This document shows positions 37,268-47,023 of a stretch of DNA of 64,000 nucleotides, piece by piece. Position 1 is the first letter of the stretch; each line of letters begins with the position of its first letter. The translations under genes were made by a program, and so were the position numbers. This DNA is from a virus. The notes beneath the pieces were generated by a model. That model had not been told where the DNA came from and did no database searches. It saw only the letters and a program-made list of their open reading frames with translations. The stretch lies in IMG/VR virus record IMGVR_UViG_3300045988_136773; one strand, written 5' to 3'.

Positions 37268-37660
37268 ATGGCATATACAGTCAAGATCACATACACTGGT
37301 CCGGCAAATCCGGAAGCAATTAAGTTTGCATCTCCGATCTGTCCGACATTTGCACCAACAAACGCTTACATAGATACTCCGGCATATAAGGGTACCGTAT
37401 ATGATACGCATGTAACTGGATTTGGTTTCATTGATCTGATGGAACCATATGCAACTACTGGATTCCCGTACCCAGTACCGCTTGCACAGTTCAAGCTGGC
37501 TGTTGTTGGTAAGGATAACGCTAAGGGTGCTAAGGAAGTAGAGTTCACTGTAGAAAGCTACATGGAAGCATTTTGGTACATGGAAGCTGGTGCGGCTCTG
37601 AAGAATCAAGGCTTTACCGTAGAAGTGAAAGAAAAAGAAGCGGCAACCAGTAAGGAATAA
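37268..37660 (+). CDS. hypothetical head protein (decoration/accessory candidate)
   Basis: 130 aa with the same high-expression codon bias as the capsid gene, directly downstream of it. Confidence 0.55.
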   Translation: MAYTVKITYTGPANPEAIKFASPICPTFAPTNAYIDTPAYKGTVYDTHVTGFGFIDLMEPYATTGFPYPVPLAQFKLAVVGKDNAKGAKEVEFTVESYMEAFWYMEAGAALKNQGFTVEVKEKEAATSKE

Positions 37661-37710
37661 TAATCTCATATAAAATGATCAAGTTTTATTAGTGAAGGGA
37701 GTCCTACAAC

Positions 37711-38421
37711 ATGACAATGCAAGAGGTTGTATCTCAGGTGTCATTTATGCTGGGATTCCCAGCTAATAAAAATGTAGAGGGGCTTCAAGTAGAGGAAGCA
37801 GTAAACATTGCATTCCGAGAACTGCAACGGTATATGAAAACTCCGGTTGAGAAAACAGTCCCATATTCTCCAAGAATAGACCTGCTCAAAGTAGGAATCG
37901 AAACGGTAAGGGTGCAGTATGTACAAGCTGCATATCCAAGACTAGGCTTAAATCTGACATCCATTGAAAGTGGTAATGTATTTCAAGTTGGTGCGGCAGT
38001 CAATGTTTATAATCCGGTCGGACAAGGCAACATTGTAAATATTGATCCCATCATGAGAGAGATGGCATTAGCTCAGGTACGAAATTGCCTGGCAACAGAT
38101 TTTCAGTGGCATTATGATAATCAGAATCAGGTTGTGTATTGTGCTCATAAAGATCCAGTACCACCTGCGGTAACAATCCGATACATTCCAGTATTACATG
38201 ATGTATCAGAGATAAAAAGCCAAACATGGATCGATTACCTGCTCCGGTTAAGTGAAGCAAACATGAAAAAAGCATTAGGTCGGACAAGATCAAAGTACCG
38301 AGTAGAGGGTTCAAACGTAACTCTTGATGGTGAAACGCTTTTAGATGAGGCAAACACTGAACTAGAAACAATCCGAAATGAACTGAGTCAAATTAGCAGC
38401 AATCTAGTTGTTTTAAACTAA
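37711..38421 (+). CDS. hypothetical head-completion/adaptor candidate
   Basis: 236-aa ORF with RBS GAAGGGAG, in the head module. Confidence 0.5.
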   Translation: MTMQEVVSQVSFMLGFPANKNVEGLQVEEAVNIAFRELQRYMKTPVEKTVPYSPRIDLLKVGIETVRVQYVQAAYPRLGLNLTSIESGNVFQVGAAVNVYNPVGQGNIVNIDPIMREMALAQVRNCLATDFQWHYDNQNQVVYCAHKDPVPPAVTIRYIPVLHDVSEIKSQTWIDYLLRLSEANMKKALGRTRSKYRVEGSNVTLDGETLLDEANTELETIRNELSQISSNLVVLN

Positions 38422-38444
38422 AATATACAGGAGGCACAATTCCT

Positions 38445-38786
38445 ATGAAGATCAAGATGAATCGTAAGGTAGCGGCAAAGTCCGCTGTTAAAGGTCGCAG
38501 AGTAATGGCTGATACTGACGTAGCACCGGAGGCATCTGAACTGTTGTTTGAAGCAGAAGATGTCGCAGATCTGGTGTCAGAAGTTACTGGTGAAGATGTA
38601 GATGTAACCGCAGATGATACTTCTGTAACATTCGATATTGGTGAGGATTCTTACGTTGTAGAGGCAGAGGGTACTGAAGATGCTGTAGAGTCTTGTACCA
38701 CCATTACCCGTAAGAAGAAAGCCGTATCTGCATCTACTAATCGCAGAGCAGGTCGGCAGATTAAGTGTGTAGCACGTCGTAAGTAA
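38445..38786 (+). CDS. hypothetical protein with basic termini and acidic core
   Basis: 113 aa, RBS AGGAGG. It has a 'KKKAVSASTNRR' motif near the C-terminus. Confidence 0.55.
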   Translation: MKIKMNRKVAAKSAVKGRRVMADTDVAPEASELLFEAEDVADLVSEVTGEDVDVTADDTSVTFDIGEDSYVVEAEGTEDAVESCTTITRKKKAVSASTNRRAGRQIKCVARRK

Positions 38787-38819
38787 TCTTACAGTTGCAC
38801 CTTATATATGAATGAATAG

Positions 38820-38861
38820 GCACCTGAGCAGGATATGCACACCTGTTCAGGTGCTTTTTTT
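38820..38861 (+). terminator. rho-independent terminator after the head module
   Basis: 13-bp stem GCACCTGAGCAGG / CCTGTTCAGGTGC (one G-U pair) with a 9-nt loop, then a T7 run. The left arm contains the GAGCAGG motif. Confidence 0.8.
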
Positions 38862-38882
38862 GTTTATATGGAGGAATCAATT

Positions 38883-39821
38883 ATGAGTGAATCAATTAAC
38901 TGTAGTATTTTATCTGATGCTGCTAAGTTTCTAAAGCAACTATCAGAAACATTTTTCAAGCTGATCGATAAGATCTGTGATTCTGGTTTGATGTCAGATG
39001 TCAAACAGGGTAAAGATGGTGAAGTTACCAGTAAACTGCATATTGGTGGAGATATAGCAGAGTGTACAATGAAACCAAATGAAAAGCATAAGGGTGCATG
39101 GGATGTAGTGATCATTCCGAAGGGTAAGAAGAAAATCACACTGACAAATATCCCAGAAAAGAACTTTCAGGATGAATTATTAAAGACGCTTCGTGAAGTT
39201 TACCCGGATGCAGAGTTTCAAGAGATAAAATCATCTCATTCTATGAAGGTAAAACTACAAAAAATCGTATCTGCGAAAGAAATTTCAGTTCGGTGTGTTG
39301 GTATAAATGCCAATTACGCCCCTGCTCAGACACTGGATGATTTGTGCAATGTGCTGAATGATGATGCTTTTCTTGACATGATACCAGAAAATCTTGCAAT
39401 GTTTGAGATTACAGATCTTGGAGATGATTACGTCATCGATGTAACAGATGATTTTGAATGTGATATTGACCTAAGCGTGGTAACTAGCTGTGCACTAACT
39501 GCATTAATTGCTGTAATGAATGAAATCTGGACTGGTAGATTAGATAATGCAACTCTGATTACTTACAGAGATATGCTGATAGCTGATCTAGATGAGCTTA
39601 GTAAGTATGCAGATACTGCAATTTCATATAGTTCAGCGGACCTTTCATGTACACAAGCATATCCAGCAATTCAGGATTACATTTCAGCATTACAATACTA
39701 TAGTTGTAATATATCCTCTGAGCGTGCAGATCCAGTAGAGTCTATATTAGATAATCTTACAGAAAAATGGGAGTCTATTACGCTGGATGATTATGGTGAT
39801 GACAATGTCGTTTGGGAATGA
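38883..39821 (+). CDS. hypothetical protein
   Basis: ATG 38883 follows TGGAGGA. About 312 aa. Confidence 0.55.
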   Translation: MSESINCSILSDAAKFLKQLSETFFKLIDKICDSGLMSDVKQGKDGEVTSKLHIGGDIAECTMKPNEKHKGAWDVVIIPKGKKKITLTNIPEKNFQDELLKTLREVYPDAEFQEIKSSHSMKVKLQKIVSAKEISVRCVGINANYAPAQTLDDLCNVLNDDAFLDMIPENLAMFEITDLGDDYVIDVTDDFECDIDLSVVTSCALTALIAVMNEIWTGRLDNATLITYRDMLIADLDELSKYADTAISYSSADLSCTQAYPAIQDYISALQYYSCNISSERADPVESILDNLTEKWESITLDDYGDDNVVWE

Positions 39822-40200
39822 TAGAGAGTTTCGGAGATATTTGGAATCATCTGAAAACGTGTACGCAGATGTTTCCAGAATTGCGAGGGAAGCAAGATCT
39901 CTTGCAAACGATATGAATAACAAATTGCTACATTCTGACGCAATTACATGCGCTGTGCATGGTACAAGCCCTGAGTGTGAGATGTGGCGAGATGCTGAAG
40001 ATGAATATGAAGCTACTGTCATTCGAGATATGTTCTGTTCTATTGAGGATAAGACAGTTTGTGATGCTGTATATGATTCCTACTATGACAGCAAAGATGC
40101 ACGTCACCTTATATATGTATACAATGAGATAAAGGATAAACCACGTCAAGCAAGAGTACGCATCTTGACTAGGATGCTATGGTACAAATTGCAAGCATAG
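39805..40200 (+). CDS. hypothetical protein
   Basis: The likely start is ATG 39805, overlapping the upstream gene end. About 131 aa. Confidence 0.45.
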   Translation: MSFGNDREFRRYLESSENVYADVSRIAREARSLANDMNNKLLHSDAITCAVHGTSPECEMWRDAEDEYEATVIRDMFCSIEDKTVCDAVYDSYYDSKDARHLIYVYNEIKDKPRQARVRILTRMLWYKLQA

Positions 40201-40218
40201 GAAAGGTGGTCATTTCAT

Positions 40219-40671
40219 ATGACTGAAAATAAAATTACAGAGACATTGGAAGTTTCTAATATGACAGAGCGGGTTACTGATGCAACAATTACCGAACCTG
40301 CTCCAAAACAAAAGCCAAAACGCGGACGCAGGAAAGCAGATGTTGAACTGAATGTTTCCGAAAAGACAACAACCACTACTACAGAAGTTGTTGCGGAAAC
40401 AGAATCTGAAAAAGCAGTTTCAGTATTATCTGTAACTGGATCTGGATTAAGAGCAGGAAAGACATACACAAATGAAAATGGCATCCGGCTGTATGCATCA
40501 TGTGTAGCAACAAATCCAGCATATCGCTATATGGGTTCAGTTGCTATCTGGTCTGATGATACAATCAACAATCGAGTACGAATTACAGATACTTGTATCC
40601 ATGCTGGTATTCATAGCAAGCTTATCGGATGGGTAAATATCAATGAATTAGGAGATGAGATCAATGTCTGA
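40219..40671 (+). CDS. hypothetical protein with C-terminal SH3b-like domain
   Basis: 150 aa, RBS AAAGGTGG. 'GIRLYASCVATNPAYRYMGSVAIWSDDTINNRVRITD...LIGWVNINEL' looks SH3-like. No transmembrane segment. Confidence 0.45.
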   Translation: MTENKITETLEVSNMTERVTDATITEPAPKQKPKRGRRKADVELNVSEKTTTTTTEVVAETESEKAVSVLSVTGSGLRAGKTYTNENGIRLYASCVATNPAYRYMGSVAIWSDDTINNRVRITDTCIHAGIHSKLIGWVNINELGDEINV

Positions 40672-40783
40672 TGAAAAGGATTTGGAAACACTGACATCGG
40701 AAACTAGTCTGTCGGAGCAGGTTGATACTGTATCTGACGAAATGGAAGTTGAACTGAACAACGGAAAAGGTGATGATGAATAA
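40664..40783 (+). CDS. small acidic ORF (39 aa), translationally coupled on both sides
   Basis: ATG 40664 overlaps the upstream stop, and its stop overlaps the endolysin start (TAATG). RBS GGAGATGAG. It falls below the ORF-track cutoff. Confidence 0.4.
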   Translation: MSDEKDLETLTSETSLSEQVDTVSDEMEVELNNGKGDDE

Positions 40784-41811
40784 TGGCATTTACAAATAGT
40801 CCATTAGTATCCAAAGTACATCTGTCTACAAAGTATAATATCCGAACTGAAAAGATTTCTAAGATTACAATTCACCATGCTGCCGGAGTCATTTCATTTG
40901 AAAACCTGCTCAACTATGTAGCTACAGTAGGTCGTGATATGTCTGCAAACTATGTTCTGAGCGGCGGTAAGCTTGGATTGGTAGTCGAAGAGAAAAATCG
41001 TGCATGGACATCTTCCAGTGCTTGGAATGACCAGAGAGCGGTTACAATTGAAGTTGCGAACTCATCTAAGGGCGGTAACTGGCCAATCTCTGATGCAGAT
41101 CTGAATATGCTCATTAAGTGGTGTGCAGACGTGTGCAAGCGGAATGGTATTCCAAAACTGTACTATGATGGTACAAAGAATGGCACATTGACATTTCACG
41201 AGATGTTTGCAAATACAAATTGCCCAGGACCATACATCAAGTCCAAGGCAAACTACATTTGTCATGAGGTTAATAAACTGATTGGTGCAAAGAGTACAAC
41301 TACAGCGTCCACAAAGCCCTCAGCGTCATCTACAGCAAGTACCAGTACAGGTAAGCAATATCATGTTGTAACTAGCGTATACGGCTATATAAGTGCTTCT
41401 GATGCGGTTTCTGATAAGAACAGAAAGGTAACTGTAAAACCTGGTACCTACTATATCTATAATGAAACATCTACGGCAGTAAATGTTACAAAGACAAAGA
41501 GTTCTCCAGGTGCATGGATTGCTAAGTCTAAAAATGTAACAGCATCTACTAGTTCAAAACCTCAGACTTCAATCCGATATGATTGGAAAAAGGGACAGGC
41601 AGTAAAATTGACAAAGCAGAAAACACAGCTATTTGCAAATGATTCTACTGCTACTCCGGCAGCTATGTTATCCCCTGGTACGTATTATATCTATGATGGT
41701 ATCAAGTGCGGTCTTGGTAGATTTCGTATTACCACAAAAGCTGAAAACTGTGGAAAGACACCAGTGGGGAAATACGTAACTGGATTTGTATCCGCAGACA
41801 ATTTTAGTTGA
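40783..41811 (+). CDS. endolysin: N-acetylmuramoyl-L-alanine amidase (Amidase_2) with two C-terminal cell-wall-binding repeats
   Basis: 'ISKITIHHAAG...AWTSSSAWNDQRAVTIEVAN...FHEMFANTNCPGPY', then a Ser/Thr linker and two repeats that each contain 'PGTYYIY'. Confidence 0.85.
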   Translation: MAFTNSPLVSKVHLSTKYNIRTEKISKITIHHAAGVISFENLLNYVATVGRDMSANYVLSGGKLGLVVEEKNRAWTSSSAWNDQRAVTIEVANSSKGGNWPISDADLNMLIKWCADVCKRNGIPKLYYDGTKNGTLTFHEMFANTNCPGPYIKSKANYICHEVNKLIGAKSTTTASTKPSASSTASTSTGKQYHVVTSVYGYISASDAVSDKNRKVTVKPGTYYIYNETSTAVNVTKTKSSPGAWIAKSKNVTASTSSKPQTSIRYDWKKGQAVKLTKQKTQLFANDSTATPAAMLSPGTYYIYDGIKCGLGRFRITTKAENCGKTPVGKYVTGFVSADNFS

Positions 41812-41845
41812 CATCTTCTAGGCAAAATTTTCCTTCCTTATACAA

Positions 41846-41893
41846 AATCGCCGTGTAAGTCATTCACTGACCTGCATGGTGATTTTTTTTTGT
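41846..41893 (+). terminator. rho-independent terminator after the endolysin
   Basis: AATCGCCGTG / CATGGTGATT stem (with G-U pairs) and an inner 4-bp stem, followed by a T9 run. Confidence 0.65.
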
Positions 41894-41937
41894 TTTTCAC
41901 TCGTTATACATTATGTGCGGAGCAGGAGGTTGTTTCT

Positions 41938-43743
41938 ATGATTAAAATAGTACAAAATGGAAATGTGTATGAACTAGACTTTCGATATGATCCAAAATTG
42001 ATAGAACTTGTGAAAAACGTACCAGGCAGACACTATATCCCACAAACAAAACGATGGGAGATTCCAGTAGACAACTTAGGAAGATTCCTCAATGAAATTA
42101 AGGGAACTGCATATGAATCTCAGGTTCAAACATACTCTGGAGAACACATAAATGAAAACGCACATGTTGAGGTAACAGATAAAATTCCAGATGAAGATAT
42201 TTCTGATATTACACATTATGTCAGAGCAGGCGGTCATTTGTATCCACACCAAATTGACTTTCTGAAATATATGAAGCATCGTCAACGGAATGGATTTATA
42301 CTTGCTGATGAAATGGGATTAGGTAAAACGCTTGAAATTATAAATATGGCGTTATACCACAGAGATGCATATCATTATCAGCACTGCTTAATTATATGCT
42401 GTGTGAATACTGCGAAGTTTTCCTGGAAAGAAGATATTGAAACACACACAAACGGCTGTGAGATAGCATATATCCTCGGTACACGAAAGAAACGCAATGG
42501 TGGGTACTCTTATGGTGGTGGTGCAGAAAAGCTCTCAGATCTAACTACAGGGTGCATGTACGGCAATGTATCCTGCTCCAAGCTGCCATATTTCTTAATC
42601 ATGAATATAGAAGCACTTAGAACACGAGCAGGTCGTGTGTATACGATTGAACAACAACTGATTAAGATGATTCAGCAAGGTCAAATCGGAATGATTGCAA
42701 TTGATGAAATTCACAAAAATGCATCCCCAAAATCAATTCAAGGCAAACGCCTGCTCAATATAAAAAAGAAAACCGGAATTGCAGCTGAATGGATTCCTAT
42801 GACTGGTACACCAATTGTAAATAAACCAACAGATGTATATCTTCCATTAAAACTGATCGATGGTCATACCTATAAGGATTACTGGAGCTGGTGCCAACAT
42901 TTCTGTCTGTACGGTGGTTATGGAGATCATGATATTATAGGATACCGGAATATACCGCAAATGAAGCTCATGCTGAAGCGTAATATGCTTCGGAGATTAA
43001 AAAACGACGTTTTGGAACTTCCAGAAAAGACATATTATACAGAATACGTTGAAAACACACCTGCTCAATGCAAACTCTATACAAAAGTGACAAATGAACT
43101 TGTGTCTGACAGGGATGAGATTGTGCATTCTGTAAATCCATTGGTACGTATGTTAAAGCTTCGACAAGTAAACGGGAGTCCAGAACTTATTGATGATACC
43201 ATATCAATTGATAAATCTTATCTATCAAAGAATGCAAAGCTTGTAAGAGTCATGGAACTGATTGATGATATCATAGATCGTGGAGAAAAAGTTGTCGTAT
43301 TTTCCAACTGGACTGCACCATTAAAAACCTTATATAGATTCATAGCTACAAAATATAAAGTGTGCTGCTTTACTGGTACGATGCCTGAAGAATCCAGGCA
43401 GAAGCATAAAACTGTATTTTTGAACAATCCAGAGTACAAGGTGATGCTTGGTACAATTGGTGCATTAGGGGTAAACCACACACTGACATCTGCAAACAAT
43501 GTTATCTTTTATGATGATCCATGGAATCCTGCAACAAAGCATCAAGCAGAGGATAGAGTGTATCGTATTGGTACTACAAAATCCGTAAATATCTACACGG
43601 TTATTGTAAAAGATACCATCGACGAAGTTGTCAACAATATTTTGAAGAACAAGCAAGATATGTCCAGTTATATTGTAGACAATGGATTGGATATCCGAAA
43701 CAATCCGGAATTGTTTGATATGCTGGTTGGTCATGGTAGGTGA
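41938..43743 (+). CDS. SNF2-family helicase/ATPase
   Basis: 'ILADEMGLGKT' (motif I), 'AIDEIHK' (DExH), 'VVVFSNW', and 'DDPWNPATKHQAEDRVYRIGT' (motif VI). ATG 41938 follows GGAGCAGGAGG. Confidence 0.9.
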   Translation: MIKIVQNGNVYELDFRYDPKLIELVKNVPGRHYIPQTKRWEIPVDNLGRFLNEIKGTAYESQVQTYSGEHINENAHVEVTDKIPDEDISDITHYVRAGGHLYPHQIDFLKYMKHRQRNGFILADEMGLGKTLEIINMALYHRDAYHYQHCLIICCVNTAKFSWKEDIETHTNGCEIAYILGTRKKRNGGYSYGGGAEKLSDLTTGCMYGNVSCSKLPYFLIMNIEALRTRAGRVYTIEQQLIKMIQQGQIGMIAIDEIHKNASPKSIQGKRLLNIKKKTGIAAEWIPMTGTPIVNKPTDVYLPLKLIDGHTYKDYWSWCQHFCLYGGYGDHDIIGYRNIPQMKLMLKRNMLRRLKNDVLELPEKTYYTEYVENTPAQCKLYTKVTNELVSDRDEIVHSVNPLVRMLKLRQVNGSPELIDDTISIDKSYLSKNAKLVRVMELIDDIIDRGEKVVVFSNWTAPLKTLYRFIATKYKVCCFTGTMPEESRQKHKTVFLNNPEYKVMLGTIGALGVNHTLTSANNVIFYDDPWNPATKHQAEDRVYRIGTTKSVNIYTVIVKDTIDEVVNNILKNKQDMSSYIVDNGLDIRNNPELFDMLVGHGR

Positions 43744-43749
43744 TTTATA

Positions 43750-43962
43750 GTGTACCGATATATTAAAGCCGCTGAAGAGCCATCTGCACTGGAAGAAAGC
43801 TTAGATGGTCTAAAAGACGATTTTAATTACATCATGGATGGCTTAGACAAGCTAAGCCGGACTGGTGATGATTCTGCTAAGGCTGCATTGTCTATTGCTT
43901 TAAGTCTTAGTGATGCAATTGAAAATCATATAGAGCAGGTATCTAGTCAAATTTTGAAGTAA
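43750..43962 (+). CDS. hypothetical small acidic protein (MYRYIK leader)
   Basis: 70 aa, GTG start after GGTAGGTGA. Confidence 0.5.
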   Translation: MYRYIKAAEEPSALEESLDGLKDDFNYIMDGLDKLSRTGDDSAKAALSIALSLSDAIENHIEQVSSQILK

Positions 43963-43981
43963 TAGAATAGGAGATAGTATT

Positions 43982-45202
43982 ATGAAGATTTATAAGAAAA
44001 GCAAAACAGTTTCTGCATCATATGACATTTATGCAGATTCCACTACAGAACATGATTACTTAGAAGAATTAAAGGATGCGTGTGGCAAAATTTCAAACCA
44101 CATTGTCAATGTTGATTATTTTGATGACGATCTCAATTCATATGTTGTGATTTATGACAAACCAGCACGAAGCGACTACGCATGGAAACGAAAGAAGACA
44201 CTTATTTCTGGATTAGAGAGATACGGCATATCTGCTAAATACATCAGCAGCATGGAAAATCTTAAAATGGTTGAGATTGCTATTGCAGATGCGGATACAG
44301 TAGAATCATCTAGTAATATCAGTGCGTCATCTAAGTCAGATAACTTTGTTTTCTACTATAACAGAAAGCGTATGTATTCTGGAGATGGTACAGGATTTGC
44401 ACGAGTAATCGAAAAGCTATGTAAGAATGAAAAGGTGAATGCTGCACTGCAAGATTGGTGCAATCAGTTTGGTGATCCATTTGATTTTGATGGTACACCA
44501 AGAGACACCGCAAATGTATTTGCACAGCTCATTGAACAGGACTTTCATGAACAGCAGAATGACTTCTACGCAGATGGATCTGGCACTGGTATTAATTTTG
44601 AGTGCTTCCCAGAATCTCAGGAATCTGTAAATTCCGCATCTGCATCTGCAAAGAAATCAGTTACTGCATCTACCAGTGCAGATGATATCTACGCAGATGA
44701 CATTGAATCTATTCTGAATGATGCTGGATTCTTCCCAGTGTATGTAGAAAAGACAAGAACTCACCTTGGAACAGAGTTTATTGTAAATTATGACACAGAT
44801 GAGCATGAACTAAATGATCTGCTGTTTACATTGGAAAACAACGGATACATTGCAACAGTAGATGAAACTACTTCAGATGGTGTTCTTTTGTTCCTGGAGC
44901 AGGTGGATTCCACACCGAAATATCTGTATCAAGTATCTTTTGGTAGTTGGGTTGAAACCGTAGAAATGGATGATGAAACATCTGACTATCAAGAAATTGT
45001 AGATACTCTAATCGATCAGCTTGAAGCAGAAGGCTCTGAGGGATGCTTTGTTCCTGATGATGAAATTGATACATATCCAGAAGATGAGTATGTTGTTGGC
45101 GGAAACCATGGTCGTGCACTAATTACAAACGGTATCCTTGATATTCAGCCTATTGGATGGAGCAATGACGTACAAGCTTCTACTGATATTGTAACTATGT
45201 AA
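43982..45202 (+). CDS. hypothetical highly acidic protein (MKIYKK...VSAS leader)
   Basis: 406 aa, RBS TAGGAGA. Contains [VI]-[ST]-A-S motifs at residues 10-13, about 113 and about 222, and 'QAST' near the C-terminus. Confidence 0.6.
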   Translation: MKIYKKSKTVSASYDIYADSTTEHDYLEELKDACGKISNHIVNVDYFDDDLNSYVVIYDKPARSDYAWKRKKTLISGLERYGISAKYISSMENLKMVEIAIADADTVESSSNISASSKSDNFVFYYNRKRMYSGDGTGFARVIEKLCKNEKVNAALQDWCNQFGDPFDFDGTPRDTANVFAQLIEQDFHEQQNDFYADGSGTGINFECFPESQESVNSASASAKKSVTASTSADDIYADDIESILNDAGFFPVYVEKTRTHLGTEFIVNYDTDEHELNDLLFTLENNGYIATVDETTSDGVLLFLEQVDSTPKYLYQVSFGSWVETVEMDDETSDYQEIVDTLIDQLEAEGSEGCFVPDDEIDTYPEDEYVVGGNHGRALITNGILDIQPIGWSNDVQASTDIVTM

Positions 45203-45245
45203 TATCCTTCAACAGAATTGCGGTGGATGTCCTCGGACTACACCT

Positions 45246-45276
45246 AAAGAAGTCAGATGCGTCTGGCTTCTTTTTG
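45246..45276 (+). terminator. rho-independent terminator
   Basis: GAAGTCAGA / TCTGGCTTC stem (one G-U pair) with a 4-nt loop, then TTTTT. Confidence 0.6.
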
Positions 45277-45295
45277 TCAAATGGAAGTGATTGTT

Positions 45296-45763
45296 ATGGA
45301 TGATTCTCTTCTTGGAAAGAAGGCAGAAGCCAAAATCAAAGAATGGTTGGATAGACCACAAGATGGGTACTGTTTTGACCGCATACCAGATCAGATGACA
45401 GGATTCTATGGCTCTAAGAATATCTGTGATTTCACGCTATACATATATCCAAATAAGTATTATATTGAATCCAAAGCAACATGGAAAGATCGATTTGACT
45501 TTTCTATGCTTACAGAAAAACAGCATACTGGGCTTACAGAAAAGTCTAAGATCTATGGCGTATACGGAGTAGTCATTGTATTATTTGCAACCTACAAGAG
45601 AGCAATCGTTATAGATATTAGGGAGATCAATCGACTGATACAGTCTGGCAGAAAGTCTATCAATATCAAAACTATGGATAAGATAGGCTTACAGTATCAT
45701 GAGATTGAAACAATCCCTAGCAGAAAGGAATTGCTTGATTACACAGGAGGGTTTCAACTATGA
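45296..45763 (+). CDS. PD-(D/E)xK nuclease, RecU-like Holliday junction resolvase candidate
   Basis: 'ICDFTLYIYPNKYYIESKATWKDRFDFSMLTEKQHTGL' fits the RecU pattern D-F...[IF]E-x-K-x-T...F-x-x-x-x-L-x-x-x-Q. Confidence 0.5.
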   Translation: MDDSLLGKKAEAKIKEWLDRPQDGYCFDRIPDQMTGFYGSKNICDFTLYIYPNKYYIESKATWKDRFDFSMLTEKQHTGLTEKSKIYGVYGVVIVLFATYKRAIVIDIREINRLIQSGRKSINIKTMDKIGLQYHEIETIPSRKELLDYTGGFQL

Positions 45764-46140
45764 CTACAAATCATGAAAACAATGTTTATTCCGCAGGTAT
45801 TACAGATACCATCTATGGTGGAGCATTTGCTGATATTGCTTCGAAGCTTAATGATCGCCACTACAGTATCACTGTCTGCAAAGGTGCACACAGTGAACCG
45901 ATTGTGTCTGTTACAAACACTTTTGTTCCGGAAATTATGCCGATCATTCATGTAAATGCACGAACTATGAAAGACAATGATGGTCTGTGGTGGGTATTGG
46001 ATTTAAAATTCAGCTTTCCGGATTTATGGCAAGAACACGGATCTGACCCGACGGCTGTAAGCTACATGCTGAGTGTATGGGATGCTATTACTCACATTGC
46101 GACAATGTTGAATGAGATTAAGATACCTTACACCGATTAA
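45760..46140 (+). CDS. hypothetical protein
   Basis: 126 aa. The ATG overlaps the upstream stop (ATGA). Confidence 0.55.
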   Translation: MTTNHENNVYSAGITDTIYGGAFADIASKLNDRHYSITVCKGAHSEPIVSVTNTFVPEIMPIIHVNARTMKDNDGLWWVLDLKFSFPDLWQEHGSDPTAVSYMLSVWDAITHIATMLNEIKIPYTD

Positions 46141-46160
46141 GATACTACAAATTCAATGCA

Positions 46161-46211
46161 AAGAAATAGCCTGCTCTGAGATTGACAACTCGGAGCAGGC
46201 TATTTTTTTTT
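46161..46211. terminator. bidirectional rho-independent terminator between convergent + and - strand genes
   Basis: ATAGCCTGCTC(TGAG) / (CTCG)GAGCAGGCTAT stem, with a T9 run on the + strand and an A/T run on the other side. The two arms are the CCTGCTC and GAGCAGG motif copies. Confidence 0.85.
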
Positions 46212-46212
46212 G

Positions 46213-46551
46213 TTATTTAGAATCCAGCAAATCACACATTGCTTTCAGCTTATCCAACTTTTCAGGTTCCGGAATGCTAGATAAGCCAGAAAGTAATTTC
46301 TCATATAGCATTTTTATTGTATTCGCAGTGTCATCATGGGTTTTGCATTCAGATAGACCAAGCAAATAGTCTAGTGACACATGAAATTCATTTGCCATTT
46401 TTATAATGACACCTAGTGAAGGCATAACACTGTTATTTTCTCTTTCATATTTCTGGTATGCACTCCATGATACTCCAAACAGTTCTGCAGCTTGCTGTTG
46501 CGTAATTCCTCTTGCTTTTCTGAGCTCTCGAATCTTACTTGTGAACGACAT
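46213..46551 (-). CDS. XRE-family helix-turn-helix transcriptional regulator
   Basis: 'IRELRKARGITQQQAAELFGVSWSAYQKYERENNSVMPSLGVIIKMANEFHVSLDYLLG' is a canonical HTH_3/XRE domain. Confidence 0.85.
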   Translation of the reverse strand: MSFTSKIRELRKARGITQQQAAELFGVSWSAYQKYERENNSVMPSLGVIIKMANEFHVSLDYLLGLSECKTHDDTANTIKMLYEKLLSGLSSIPEPEKLDKLKAMCDLLDSK

Positions 46552-46597
46552 ATGTATGTCACTTCCTAACCAATCGTTATAGTATTATGTACTCGCA

Positions 46598-46948
46598 TTA
46601 TTGTTGCTTGTCAATGCTATGTACGGCATCTGTGATTAGGTCTAATACAGCATCTCTATGATCTTCAGATAATTGCACATACTTCTTCAGCAGGACCTGC
46701 TCCAGAGGCTTTAAATCATAGTCAGTAGATTTAGCAGATTCTCTAGATGTATTAGTTCTACCAAGTATATCATCTGTAGTCATACCATAAAAGTCTGCTA
46801 GCTTTTGAAGTGCATTTAGACCTAACTCACGCTCTCCATATTCATACTTGATGTACGTAGTATACGGGATACCTGCTCCGATGGAAACATCCTTTTTGCT
46901 CATATTATTCGACAGTCGTATTTTGATTAGTTGATCTTTTAGTTCCAT
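46598..46948 (-). CDS. XRE-family helix-turn-helix transcriptional regulator
   Basis: 'LIKIRLSNNMSKKDVSIGAGIPYTTYIKYEYGERELGLNALQKLADFYGMTTDDILG' is an XRE HTH. The likely start is ATG 46948, after AGGATGGTGA. Confidence 0.8.
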   Translation of the reverse strand: MELKDQLIKIRLSNNMSKKDVSIGAGIPYTTYIKYEYGERELGLNALQKLADFYGMTTDDILGRTNTSRESAKSTDYDLKPLEQVLLKKYVQLSEDHRDAVLDLITDAVHSIDKQQ

Positions 46949-46970
46949 GAAAATCACCATCCTACTATTT

Positions 46971-46999
46971 ATTATACCACGATTGGGTTAATGTGTCAA
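46971..46999 (-). promoter_or_regulatory. consensus sigma-A promoter driving the minus-strand XRE operon
   Basis: The reverse complement reads TTGACA, 17 bp, TATAAT (perfect consensus). Confidence 0.75.
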
Positions 47000-47023
47000 T
47001 GCAATTCTTTATTCCATACCCAT

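Noticed and set aside
36603-37669. Long minus-strand ORFs 36603..37142 (179 aa) and 37217..37669 (150 aa) antisense to the capsid region.
   Set aside because: They lie entirely inside strongly supported + strand genes with pronounced codon bias. They have no RBS, and their products are Cys/Arg-rich and low-complexity, typical of antisense frames. Treated as spurious.
46112-46369. The + strand ORF 46112..46369 (85 aa) crossing the bidirectional terminator.
   Set aside because: It spans a strong terminator hairpin and lies antisense to the well-supported XRE gene 46213..46551. Treated as spurious.
46213-46960. Calling the phage temperate on the basis of the XRE repressor pair.
   Set aside because: Repressor-like HTH genes and divergent promoters also occur in strictly lytic phages. 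Without an integrase, partition genes or attachment site in the window, lifestyle cannot be inferred.
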